This document shows, piece after piece, positions 40,387-53,020 of a DNA stretch of 64,000 nt (position 1 is its first letter; each line of letters starts with the position of its first letter). The notes below the pieces were generated by a model that was not told the DNA's origin, searched no databases, and was given only the letters and a program-made list of their open reading frames with translations. Source of the DNA: Massalongia carnosa. Lineage: Eukaryota. The position numbers and the translations under genes were made by a program. The stretch is taken from NCBI GenBank assembly GCA_965645245.1, contig OZ287070.1:1984001-2048000 (forward strand). Reading direction: 5' to 3'.

Positions 40387-43300
40387 ATCAGGGTTTCAAG
40401 AGTTTCTCGTCTACCACGATGTTTGAAGTTTTGTCATGATTCACATACGGCAAATGTTTTTTAGCACAGTGAAAAGTGTGTGATCCAACAAAACAAATAT
40501 ATTTTTCAGTTCCACTTCTTACTAAATTTGGTTTCCGCCTCATCCTCTCAGATTTAATCATTGCTCAATAATTCCATCACATCGTGTTGAAATAGGTATA
40601 TGACTATGACTATATGGCTATCTAATAAATGACAATGTGTATGACCCTGGTGTATAAGATGAAGAGTTGCTATGGAGCAGTCTTCTCCTTTTAAATGGTC
40701 CCTCTACTAAGCGAAGTGATAATAGTTTATCCGAGCCTAGGTTGCCACGTTGCTTAAGACAACGCTAAAGATCTTAAGTAACCGATACGGTTAGACTGGA
40801 TCTGATCTAATCTAATCTGTTGTGCTGGTAGAAGTTGAACATTCAACACATCGAAAATATCATCATTTTTCACTCATTTCATTCATCATCCTCTTAGCAT
40901 CTGACGAGCCTAGTTCTTATTCATTGAGCCTGTCGGTTCTTACTCCACGGGAGGACGGCAAGATCTCGAGGCGACCTCTTGAGAACGAGGCTTTGCGGAA
41001 CGACAAGGTAGGACGTTGATTAAAACGAAGAATAGAAATTGATGGGAACGCCCTTAGGCGATTCAGACTATCGTTCTTCTTGGGCGAATGCTTAAACGAA
41101 TGAGGAAAATTAGGATTTGGGTGGCTTTTGTCGGAAGCCATGATCGATTTGCCCCTGGATATAGAAAAGGATGATCGGTACACTTTCTTATCGCACCAGT
41201 TCACTCTAGAATACTTAGAAGATATCATTCAAAGCCAGATGGAGCGAAGGAGTATTTTATATAAAGGGTCCTCATCGCCGGTTTCAGTATCAAGCGCATG
41301 AGACTACTTAAGAGCCGTAAATAATGTAAACAGGGATTTCCTGATTCTTCCAAACCAGGTATTTTCCACGCACGAGATAAAGCATTTACTTTTTCAAACT
41401 GCGTCTTACTGCTAATTGCGCGTACTATTCCCCTTAGTTCGAGGGCTTCATCAAGAGGAAGATCATAAGCTCCAAAGACAAAGAATAGCGGGAGTCGCAA
41501 AAAACAGTAAATCGTTTTTTTAGCATCAAATCATCCAATATGGGACGCAACAAAAAATAGGTATACATGGAGGTTAGATCGAGAGTTTTAGAGACAGGAG
41601 CACCAACTACGGCTAAAAATGGGAAGGAAACAGGGAAAGAACCATCGCGGCTGTCTCCTTCGCTCTCGTTCCACTTTCATTCCCGCCGTTCTGTCACTTC
41701 ACTATCGTCCTGTTCTTCCTTATGGGCGCCCAGTATCTCCGTTTCTCCTTCGTCGAATCATTTTGCCTGTGATTAGTCGTGAAATGTTCGCTTGCTTATT
41801 TAGCGCCCTTGGGGCCTTCTGTGTGGTTCTTCTTAATGTGTTCTCTGGGCCTTTTTGGCTGCCTGTTGCTAACTACCTCGCGTGCCCGCCCTGTCTCGGC
41901 TTCTTCTCAATTTCAGTCGCGGCGGAAAGCGACGGCCGAAGCCGTCGTGAAGAAACTAAACGGACACAAACATCACACTTTTCATTTAGCGTAAATCAAG
42001 ACGTCACGGAATTGAAGTTTTATACTTGTCAGGTTTATGGAGAAAGGGATCTGGAAATGTATTTCAAGTCGTGAGAAATCGAATGGCTCGGTTGAGGGCG
42101 GCGAGCGATGAGCGCAGGAAATGCTGGATGTGAAAATGCTAAGCAAACTTAAAAATATGTTAAACGGAGGATAGGTTATATTCACTCTGACATCATCACA
42201 ACTATTTAAGCTCCCTCGGATTTTAACAGCTGCTGAGGAAGATGCTTCGAAGGGGCATTCTAGGCTTTGTCCAAGAACACATCATGATTTAGTGCACCTT
42301 CGATAAAGACAGGCTTCGGAAAATAACACTTTCCAGGAGGTTGTATTGCTAAAAAAGGGGCAACTCAATTGCCAAAAAGTTTTCTGAGAGCAGCGTATGG
42401 TCCAGAAGCCCTTGAGCTTAAACTCCGTTAAGGAACCTTTCCTCTGGCTCACAGGAACCAGTAGAAGCCGAATAACAGCAGGTTATGCTAGCTTCAAGAC
42501 GCTAGTGTGTACCGGCTCATAGTACCAGAGCAGTCCATGTTGCGAAAGAGGAAACTCTTCGGAGATATTTTAATATGCTAGATACTTGTTTTTCTTGATA
42601 CCTTATATGTTCATGCGTGGGGAAATATTGTTCTTACAGAATTTAGCAACGCATGTTGATATATGCCGGTGGCATGTTTGTGAGCTTGTGGGACCATTTC
42701 CCTCGATGGAAAGCAGCCTCTAGTATGTCATCTCTAGACCGGCTCTCGATCGGCTCAAAATACCGTTCTTCATCTTACAACCACCCATGCCAGCTAATCG
42801 TTTCATTCTCTCCTTGTCTCATTGTCAGCAATGCCTTACAGCTTTAACCCCGATTTGAACGTTAATAAGAAACTCTACGACTGGCTCTGTTACACGAACC
42901 TGCAGCTTTCAGAAGCCTGACTGCGTAGAATTAAAGTGGAAAGAGGAGTAAAGCTGCCAAAAACCCCATCATATGTTCATTTCTGCCAAGCTGGATCAAT
43001 GGAACAGCCATATCCGGTTCCAGATCACTTTGCCCTATAGACACCTGCGGTTCGCGCTTTCGTTATGCCATCGGACACTGGTCTGTATCCACAGATAGGA
43101 TTTCTCGAAGTTTCCTATCAGCCGCCCTGAGAATTATGACTGTATAGGAAAGAAAGGACTTCTGCGGTCAGTTCTGCTCGTGACAGCGAGCATTCAATAG
43201 ACATGTTATTTTGCCAAACCTTTGCCGCGGGTTACGACCGAGCGATGGATGGCATGGACTTATTGCCTAGGGAATTGGAGTGAATGAGGAGCATCTTTGA

Positions 43301-46130
43301 TTCTCCTTTCAGGGGTTTCTCCTTATATTTTGCAAACGACACGATCGCATTTCTGTTGGAGATGTTTGAGTTGGGAACTAGGACCAGATAGCTTGGATTT
43401 CGGATCTAGAATCATTCTTCTATTTTAACATCTCCTCTGGCTACTACAATCCAATGTTGAGTTTGTACCGTCAAGTGCACAAAAGAAAATCACATATTTA
43501 AACATTCCTTAATCAAATGGTCAGACCCAAATGCATTCAAATTCCAGCAACAACGAAGATATCGCACTGTTAAAGGTGTGAAAATTCCACATCTAGAATT
43601 ACGGCAAGCTCATCGATATTCTGATTCTATGCGTTGTTGGTAATAGAACATACCACATATCACACACAATCAGATCGTGACGTGCAGGTCATGCACCAAG
43701 CTATGACAGGATCCTTGGTACGGGAATTGACGTGACAAGGCCTATCATACCTACTTTGTGGAGCTTGTTGAACGCATTTAGTGCGGAGGTTATCTGAGAA
43801 TTAAGATGATACTATATAGGAGACTCTATTATCTACGCAAGCCAGGCCGATATTAAGAAAAGCAAAATGTGCTGAACGCGGGCAAAATCATTATGCGGGT
43901 TCCGCGGCTACACTCAGAGAACAAGTTACATCGACGCAGAAACTTCAATTCTCCTGGAGGCCGAATTTCTGGGGAAAATTGCAGAAGCGGCCATTACCCG
44001 GATAATTAAAGAGCTAGAGGCTGCTACAGAAGTACTAGAAGCTTGGGCTTACTGGAATTAAATAGAAGGGGTGAGACCGACAAGAATGAAGCCAAGATGA
44101 CATAGATCGAAAAGCATGAGAAGACATGGTACTTGCGCGCGAAGGAATCGAGATTTGACGTAGTAACGACAACAAGAATAACCCACAGAGAGATATGAAA
44201 ATCTTTGCACAGGAACGAAACAAACGCATGACAGAAGAAACCATTGTGGAAACGTATCATAAAGTCGGACAGCGTGATTGACGCTTACTTAGTTCAAAAT
44301 TTCGCATTCGAAAAGTCGCAGATGGCCGATGTTATAACTGCACTTATGGAATTGGTAAACATATGGCGAGTTGAGTTTTTCCCAGCTTCCATTATGATGG
44401 AGCCGTTCATAAAGACAGACGTATTTATTCGAGCGTGTTCATGTGTAGGTATTGTGAGAGATCTATCGACAAAACATCATCACGTCATCGTTCCGTTATC
44501 CCATTCATGTGAGATCATACACACCAGAGTTTGTTGCACCCAAGCCATTTTATTTGGGATTCCTTACCAGCGACTTCCTCAAGCTGGAACAAACTGTCTC
44601 CGTCAATCTCCTTATGGCATCCTAAGGAAGACTGAGGCCTTCGGGTTCACAACGTGGTGTTGTTGTAATCCCGGCGACTGATCGGTTGTCAATTCTGTAG
44701 GAACTATACACCTAGTCTTCTCCAAAACTAAGTCAAGCTTCATTATTGAGTAAATGCCTCGCCCTCGAATAAAATCTCACCGCTGATGTTCAGTGATTTT
44801 CTATCTTTTAGCATCTGAACATTATTTCCTCGTACCTCTCTGTACTACCTACAGGGTATGTAGCGTTACACGTGCATTTTTTTCAGCCTGTTCAGAGATT
44901 CTTGGGGATGGTTGATCGTTCGAAAATTTGGGTTTCGGTTGGTGGCCGGAGAGAGATGAACAGTGTTTTCCAAGGGGGCCTACCACTACATCTTACCTAC
45001 AGCCGGCCAAACCCACCCCTTTTTATGGAGTAGTTGTGAACGTCCAAGACATGCTCATACAGAGTACATGTAGGCTGGTACGTTTGGTGGCAGTTGCAGT
45101 CGTCATAAATACTCGGCACATGCCATACTCCTTCGGCCCTTCTCTCCTGTCACTGCAATTCATTGGTCTCTTCCAACCCAAGCAACTCTAGTAGAGTATG
45201 TTCCGGGTACTGGGTGAGTGAGTGTTTGTTTGATACATGTGGAGTTGAAAGTCTTGGGTTGTTGTTTCACTTTACGGAGTAGTTGCGGAGACGTAATGAT
45301 AGCGAGAGTTACTTTAGTTAACAGTCATGTCCTCTACACTGTATACAGAGTACGAAGTGCCTACTACCTACGTACCTTGGCAGTATCGACAAGGAGCAGG
45401 AAATCAAATGAATCTGGAAGGATGTCTGTCATCAAGCCTCAACAAGGCCTAGTTAGTATGTAATCCTGAAGAGTGGTTTTGAGGTTTCGGGGAGTCGTCA
45501 AACTCGATAGATAGATCCCAATGAAAATTACATCTGGAAATCCTTGGGGCCCTTGGAATCCTTGAACCCTAAACCTTTGAACCCCTGGATCTAGAGGAAC
45601 CAATAAGGTGTCAATTACGTCCGGTGTTTCATAATAATGAAGAAAACGCCCGTGCTTCTCCCTTGGCCCTGCATGAAAGGAGATTAGCCAGGAACAGAAA
45701 CCTGCAGAGTCCCCTAAATGACTGCATTAGTCTCGTCGCTTCACCAAGCGTGGCTAAAACAATGAAGACCTCTGCGGAATCTTGGTCACATTGGGATAGC
45801 GCGTCAGATAAGGCAAGATCTCCTATCACTTATTTATGGCTATTTGATTCCCACTCTTACCCACATCTCTCTTTTTCTTCTACCTATCTTCTTTATCCAT
45901 CACCATCCATCTCCCCTTCACGGTGTGTCTCTTTAAATCGTTCTTTGACAGAACATTCACTCGTTACTTTACGTTCATTCGTCCATCTTGATACGTTACG
46001 TTCCTTACAGAGCCTCTGCAATAGTCCTGGTCGGCTAGCTACAGCTTTGCAGAGCAACTTTGTCCAAAAAACAACACCAAGTAAATAGATATACGACACT
46101 TTCGGAATACACACACTACATATCATCACC

Positions 46131-47588
46131 ATGTTGGATCTCAAGCTCGCTCTGTTTTCTCTTCTCCTTCCAGCGGCTCTAGCCTACCCCAAACACTCTG
46201 GACCTTTCAAATCTGGTCTGAATCCGGCGAGTGGCCCATTCCCAACTGGCATTGCAACTGGTCCTTTTGGAACTGAGAATGGCACTGCAAGCCCAATCAC
46301 TACCGGAAGCCTTCGCGGACACTCTACATTGCACCGAACGCTCGTCAAGACCCTCACCCTCGACCCCTCTCCTGTCTCCAATAGCGAGGCACCCACCGAG
46401 GCTGCATCGGTGATCCCATCTCTAGGGGACAAACATTTGCACATCAGCAATTCAGATACTAGTTTGTGTACTGTAGCTACAGTCACCGTCACATCCCAGG
46501 ATACCGTCACTGTCACCGTTGGTGTAGGAGAACCTAAATCTATAGCTACCTCTGTTACTTTTGCGAAGTCCGCCACCCAGGCAGACTCTCAAGCACTAGT
46601 GTCTATTTCTAAGAATTCAGAGCAAACTGAGCCTACTCAAGTCTCAGCAACCCCAGCACCAGCTATACAAGCCTCGACATCATCCACGGTCGTTCCCAAG
46701 ACCACCGAGGCTCCGGCGCCCATTGCTGAGGCCTCCCGAGCAGCAACCTCAACTATAGAAACTTCTAAAGCACCAGCATCCGTAGTGATCAACACCACAC
46801 CCAGCGAGACTCCTAAGGATGACGGAGCTGCTGCTGTTGGGTCTAGTACGGGCTCATCCGGCGTAAGCACCAAACGTGGTGTGCTGGTGAGCGGTGACGA
46901 CACTCTGGCCCTAGTAGATGCATTTTCCAAGTCCCCCAAAATCTCATGGCTCACCGACTGGGGTTCTTGGCCTCCTTCAAACCTCCCCTCAACCATCCAG
47001 TTCGTTCCTGAAATGTACGGGAAGAAATCTGATCTCACCGGTGAATGGACCACCAACGCCAAGAAAACCATTGCAGCTGGCGCGACGCACTTCCTCGGCT
47101 TTGGCGAGCCTGAACTCCCCGGCGATTTGCAGATGACCCCTCAGGAAGCTGTGGATCTATGGATGAAGGAACTCCAACCGTACGCCGATCAAGTGAAGAT
47201 CGGCGCCCCCAGCGTTGTCCAAACAGGTCTCGATTGGCTGGCGGAGTTCCTCACCAAGTGCGAGATCGCCGGCTGTAAAATTGGCTTCGTGAGCGTCCAT
47301 TGGTTTTGGAAGTCGGACGAACAAGGGCGCAAGGATTTCAAAGACGTGATTGGCAAAGCCATCAAACTCGCCAATAATAGGCCCCTATGGGTTCCGAATT
47401 TCGGGTGCTCCGGTGATCGTGAGGCGCAGAAGAGCTTTCTGGATGAGATGCTCCCGTTCTTGGATGGGCAGAAGGAAATTGAGCGCTATGCTTTCGTGGC
47501 GCTTGATAAGGAAGTTGGGTTCCTGGAACAGGGCGGTGGGCTATCTACTCTGGGGCAGTTTTATGCAGATTATCCAGTGGGTGGTTGA
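46131..47588 (+). CDS. Secreted GH128-family (ASL1-like) protein with long S/T-rich linker
   Basis: Signal peptide; STKRG, ISWLTDW, FVPEMYG, FLGFGEP, WLAEFLTKC, FVSVHW, IERYAF. Confidence 0.85.
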   Translation: MLDLKLALFSLLLPAALAYPKHSGPFKSGLNPASGPFPTGIATGPFGTENGTASPITTGSLRGHSTLHRTLVKTLTLDPSPVSNSEAPTEAASVIPSLGDKHLHISNSDTSLCTVATVTVTSQDTVTVTVGVGEPKSIATSVTFAKSATQADSQALVSISKNSEQTEPTQVSATPAPAIQASTSSTVVPKTTEAPAPIAEASRAATSTIETSKAPASVVINTTPSETPKDDGAAAVGSSTGSSGVSTKRGVLVSGDDTLALVDAFSKSPKISWLTDWGSWPPSNLPSTIQFVPEMYGKKSDLTGEWTTNAKKTIAAGATHFLGFGEPELPGDLQMTPQEAVDLWMKELQPYADQVKIGAPSVVQTGLDWLAEFLTKCEIAGCKIGFVSVHWFWKSDEQGRKDFKDVIGKAIKLANNRPLWVPNFGCSGDREAQKSFLDEMLPFLDGQKEIERYAFVALDKEVGFLEQGGGLSTLGQFYADYPVGG

Positions 47589-48581
47589 GCTCCTTTGATG
47601 TCTCTTCAATCAGCACACAGGAAGATAATACCCGTTAAGCGGTATGCCGGCCGGGCTGGCTACCGCAAGGAACGGGAATTCTCAATTCTCAATAGGTCGG
47701 AAGGGATCCAGGCACACGCAGGAAGGAAGTGAAAGGCGGTATTTGGAGGGAAAAGTCTGCGATTTCATGTTCATTCATTTCTTGACGAACGTCATGTATC
47801 TTACCTTCTTTGCCCACCCCGCCATTTGGTTTTAGCAGATCACTCTGCTAAAACCCTCGATAGATCTGGAATCAGAAGGAGCTCCATTCATTCCCGTCTT
47901 TACCGTGCATGTCTTTTGTTCCCGGGAATTTCTCTTTTTATCTTAATAGTTGGATTCTCTCCCTCTTGCATGCCCAGTTCCCTATCATCCTCCACCATCT
48001 AACTCAAGCTCTCCCAAATGCTCAACCCTAATCCCCGTACTACCTACTGGAGTCCTCACTCCCCTTCCGTTCTTTCCACGCACTCTTGTCCATCTTCACC
48101 ATGAAAAAAACCCCCTTATAAAATCGATAGCAACAGCCCGTCATTCCGAGCCATGCAGCGAGTCCGTATAAGCTAGATAGAGCCCAATTCAACATCGGAA
48201 CGGTGTGGTCCTAAATCCGGGGGGGGGGGGGGTAGGAAAGCTTGATGGGGAAGGAAGGGATGTTTGACTTGGCTAACGCTAGCTCCTTGGTGATGGTTGT
48301 TTTATGGAAAAGGAGTTGAAAAGATTTTTTTGAGTCCAGGGACTTCGGGTTCGAAGGTTATATGTAGCCTCTATCTACCTCTTACTCTTTCTTTTCCATT
48401 TTCCTTTCCAGCTTTTCCGCTCCTAACCATCGTCTATATTATGCTTACCGAGAAAAATTCTAGCCGATGCTGCCACATAGCTGTTTATGTGGATAGCTAG
48501 CTAGGTGCAACGTGGGCCTGGGCTACGTATCACTTACACGATAGTTAGTTGTTTTCGTTGTCCATTTGCGCTTAAGTACTA

Positions 48582-48858
48582 CTCGTGTTCTCACCCCCTT
48601 TTGAGCCAGCGCTAAAACTAAAAAGACCAAGGGAAAAAATCCAGATCTTTTTTTAATTGTTTCAGACCTTCAGTATCATCAATGTTTTAATATAGATGCA
48701 ACGGTAGACTCTCTTGAAATTGAAATATTTCCCCGTTATCATAATGATTGTGGCAGCTGATATCTGATTTCGTAATTAGTAATTCATGAAACTAGTTTAG
48801 CGGCCGCGTTTAGCGCTGATGCAAAAGTGGATGTGATGCAAAAGGGGGTAAACACGAG
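48582..48858. mobile_element. Tc1/mariner-type MITE
   Basis: Imperfect TIRs CTCGTGTT..CCCCCTTTTG..CAGCGCTAAA / TTTAGCGCTG..CAAAAGGGGG..AACACGAG, flanked by TA on both sides; AT-rich non-coding interior. Confidence 0.7.
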
Positions 48859-49169
48859 TACCTAAATATTTCAAACCGAACATCCCAGCTAAAGCTTTGG
48901 GGAAAACAGCGGGAAGGGCGTTTGCTATGTAGGTGTTACTTCTCTAATATACCTTCCACTTTCCGCAACGTTTTGCATGGAGAGCCGTGGGACCATTGAT
49001 GGTGGGGTTTCGGGTGGGAAAGTGCGAGATGCTTAAGACAGTCCCCCGACCGTCCTCCCCTGTGTAAATCTTTACTAGTAAACAGCCATTTTACTACTCA
49101 GGGTGCGTACAAGCTAGCAGTTACACTACGTATTAATGTTGCTGTTACTGACTAAGTGTATTCAACACC

Positions 49170-52143
49170 TACAAATCTACCTATTGCGATGACTTCAACT
49201 CCAAAAACTCGTCAGCCAATTGCGATACATCATCTTTTCTAGGCTTCATGGTTTTAGCCACCTTTCTCATCGCTGTTTCCTTTCTCGCTTGAGCTCTAGC
49301 CTGTTTGACTGATTTCTCGACTCTTTGCTGAGATTCCAACTCCAACTAGCCTTTGATTTCTTCGCCACACCCCGAGACCTTCGCGCTGTTGCAGAGGAAG
49401 TAGGGAGAATTTGACTGGCACGTTTTGGCTAAGACTATAAAGAGATGGAGGCGGCGCTGCCTGAGGTAGGGCTTTTTGACTATGCTTGGCAAGCACATCG
49501 TCAATATCTTCGAGCGAATCCGACGAGGCTTCTGATGTAAGAATAACATCATTATCGTCATCCGAAGGAAGCATAGGACCCATAGAACGACCGAGAATGG
49601 GCTGAGTGCTTATATACTGCACCTCGTCATCGTCGTCGGAGACGATAGGCGCGTTTTCGATTCTCTCCATAACTAAGTTTTCTCCTAAACCTATTGTACC
49701 CAATATTAGCCGACCCGAGCGCAATAACTTTGCAACATCGTGAGTTTTACCTTCCGTTTCACCTTCAACCTCATCGTCGCCCCCAGCACGCAAGCTATTA
49801 TATCTAAGCCTCCTCCCTTGTTCAATAGAGTCCCTTCGCCTAGTACGTCGCTGTTCAATTTATCAAGCCTCAGCTGCCTCGCGACCAGTGTAGGCACGTC
49901 GACGACTCCCTCCTTTCTTATACATGAGGTTTTCTTTGAACCGAATTTCGTCGGGGAATGTGATGAAGATGAGAGGTCTTACCAGCTCCTTCTTTTGCCA
50001 TTTCTTATTGAACTTTTCAACGATGTGAGCATGCTCGCGAGCGTACTCCTCCCTTCGATGAGAATCTTCTATTGATTGATGCAGATCAATAAATTGATAT
50101 GCCACAGAATGTAGCAAATCAAGGCCCCCGCGGCGAATTCTATCCTCACTCAACACGCCTTCTTCGAGCTCGACCTCATCCTTATCCGCCTCAATCTCTC
50201 CCGTCCCTTTAACCTCATCGACGATCTTTTCGACCTCGGGCTCTGAGCCGCGAGCGAGATCGAATGTCATTTGCCAAGAGACCGCATAAGGTGGGCTATC
50301 AAAAAACCTGCGAGGATGAATGAGGGAAACTGGAATAGGGACCGAGTCGATGATACATTTATACAACCAGCATTTGCATGAAAAACCGTACCTTAAAGGC
50401 AATTCACAATCGTAAACACAGCTTCCACCATCAGGAACAATTGAAAGGATTCGTTCAGCTAATGATTTGGCGGCATCGAGTTCTCTTGAAACGAGGCCAA
50501 TGGCATGATGCGTAATTTTCCCAATGAGTAGCGTAAAAGCATTTCTATCTATCGATCTAGGATTGCGTATTCGCTGTTGATTGCACAAAATCTCCTGATC
50601 TAATTGTTTTTTCTGCACCTAATCACATATTTTCTGCACCGATTGTCTTACAGGAGTGTTTCTATTGATCACATTTTTAACCAATGAATGCAGACCTTCT
50701 GAACGCTGTGTGCGCCTAAATTAAGGAGTTTAGTAGTATATGCATGCACGAATTGAATTTCTTGACGTTGATAGAAATTCATGAGATAAGCTTGCGAAAG
50801 AGGTAGCGTTAGCAGTAGCCCTAACTCGCTTGAAATTTAATTTGATATATCACTACTAACCTTTTCTGCGGGATGAAGTTCATTCAGCAACTTTCTTCGT
50901 CTCTCATCCAACTCATCAATAGTGGGGGATTTGATATAATCCCAAATCAGAGTCTCCAGCTTTTTGCGCACTTCTTGGGGATATTTTCCTGCCTCGATCA
51001 GTCGTTTTTTTATTACCTCGGCCGCATGCCACGTGCACAGCTGCAAAACGCATCTCTCCTCGCCCGCTTTCATCGTTGATTGATTTAGATTTTCGGCGAC
51101 CTCTCTTGCAATGGTCAATGCAGCATCGAGATCAATTGCCGAAGCTTTAGCTTTTCTTTGCATGGCTACAGTCAACCCAGCTGCAAAATCCCCGAGAAAC
51201 ACCCCAGGCCCGGGGCAATCATCATGAAAAATTAACTCTTTCATACATTCGAAAATAAAAGTGAAACATTCGGCCGATTCGGAAGTTAATAGCAATAAGC
51301 GACGGGAAACGAAAGATCGGTGTTAGTGATTCCAACCAAAACGGATAAAGGCAAGTTCAATTTATTAGTATTGAACGATGCATCCGTTTCTAATAAAAAC
51401 CCACCCACGAAACGTCGAGCCAGCCTAATTTGCTCCGCATTGCAAAAAAAAAAAGTTCTATCACCCGTCTCTCACGCACATTATTCTTAATAATATATTT
51501 TTCCTTACACCGTACATGAAAGCCCCTGTCTTTCAACGAGCCCAAGGCAAAAAGAGGCTCTTCTTCAGGCGTGTGAGCTCCCTCCGAATGAGCGAGATTA
51601 TAATAATCGCTCCTCGACAGACGGAGTCCTTGGATTCCTAATATTCTCGCTGCTTGACCATATTGGGTTGACGATGCACGGAGGCTCTTCCCTTGATCTA
51701 GGGCATCTGTTCGATCAGGGTCCCTACTATGATGTTCTCTCAATGCAAAGGGATCAGTGGTCATCTCATGATTGTGCTCGAAGTTAGTAACTATTAGTCT
51801 TCATGCATTGTCTTTGTATTTTTTTGAGACGGAGGCGATAAGGGCACTCATTGAACGAAACTTTGGTATTGGCTCGCACCCGGTCTTCCTCCTCTACTTT
51901 TCTAGCGTTTCTAACTCTTTTTTGGTGGCGTGTGCAGTCTAATACGATTAAATGGTTTTTCTTATCGTGAGTTTCCGTGACCAACGCGAAGCCTTGTGTG
52001 AAGGCATAATCTTGAAGACGAGTCTTTGCCTCCTTCCAAGACGAAAATAACTCATTCTCTTGCGGAGGGAGGAGGTGAGGTGGGGGTAGAAGGGCAATGG
52101 CATGTTGCTTCCGTGCATCCAAAGAAGTGGGATCGAACTCCAT
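49170..52143 (-). mobile_element. MULE/Mutator-like transposase pseudogene, left copy
   Basis: FAR1-like N-terminus (LFSSWKEAKTRLQDYAFTQGF), ETDASFNTNK, FLGDF, QLCTWH, RSEGLH, SWIM-like CVYDC...CKC; frameshifts and stops. Confidence 0.88.
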
Positions 52144-52366
52144 CGAGTAAGGAGAGAAATGACGTGTACTCATTATATTTCGAAATAAGATCTTTACCCA
52201 CACATGATAGTCGTACAACTCTACTTTTACGATGCAGGTCATCTTGATGCACACATAGAGCCGCCTATCAGCCTTATATTTAGTGTTGTGCTTATAATTT
52301 ATTGCCGGAGGGATAAATCGAAGTCATCTCTTGTCAGAAACTCGTTTCAACTGTGTAACCATGATT

Positions 52367-52797
52367 TCAAAGTATTAACAACCCCAGAGTGTGAGGATGG
52401 CTGGCCCCGATCTTTTGGGTACGTAGATTAACAACACTTTCCATTAATTCAATAGCTTCATCGTGACGGCCCTCAAGCTTATAGGTGTGTGCCAGGTTGG
52501 CCATGCTGATCAGCGTGTCTGGATGCTCCGCTCCCAGCACCCTCGTGCTCGTCCTCATCACTTGCACCTCCAGCTCCTCGGCCTCTTTCCATCGTCCTTG
52601 ATTCCTGTATGTCGATGCCAGGTTGGCCATGCTGGTCAGCGTGGAAGGATGCTCCTCTCCCAGCACCCTCGTTCTTGTCCTCATCACTTGCACGTCCAGC
52701 TCCTCGGCCTCTTTCCATCGTCCTTGATTCCTGTATGTCGATGCCAGGTTGCCCATGCTGGTCAGCGTGGAAGGATGCTCCTCTCCCAGTACCCTCG
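52367..52797 (-). pseudogene. Promoter-less inverted copy of the NLR TPR-repeat 3' end
   Basis: 42-aa repeats LASTYRNQGRWKEAEELxVQVMRTxTRVLGxEHPxTLxSM, truncated at 52797. Confidence 0.9.
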
Positions 52798-52843
52798 CTT
52801 AGAGACTGTCAACCTACGAGGAGAATAGGAACCCAGTAGATAG

Positions 52844-53020
52844 AGTCAATTTAAATCCTGGTTGAACCGTCACATGTCATGTATCTTCATACGCGTACTA
52901 AATCTTGATGTATTAACCGCTAAGGGCATAACATACCTGTTGCTTAGAATACGGGCACGCGGGGCCAAAAAAAGTTTCACATCAAACCTGTGACGGTTCT
53001 ACCAGGATGTGGAATTGACT
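52844..53020. mobile_element. Small MITE-like element
   Basis: Inverted ends AGTCAATT..ATCCTGGTTGAACCGTCACA / TGTGACGGTTCTACCAGGAT..AATTGACT. Confidence 0.65.

Larger units (their letters stand above)
49027..52797 (-). repeat. Left arm of large inverted duplication (TPR cassette + MULE)
   Basis: Reverse complement aligns by eye to 57304-60203 except one extra 126-bp TPR unit and ~750 bp (49199-49946) missing from the right arm. Confidence 0.95.

Noticed and set aside
42200..44700. Short ORFs and possible pseudogene fragments
   Set aside because: No recognisable motifs or consistent splice structure
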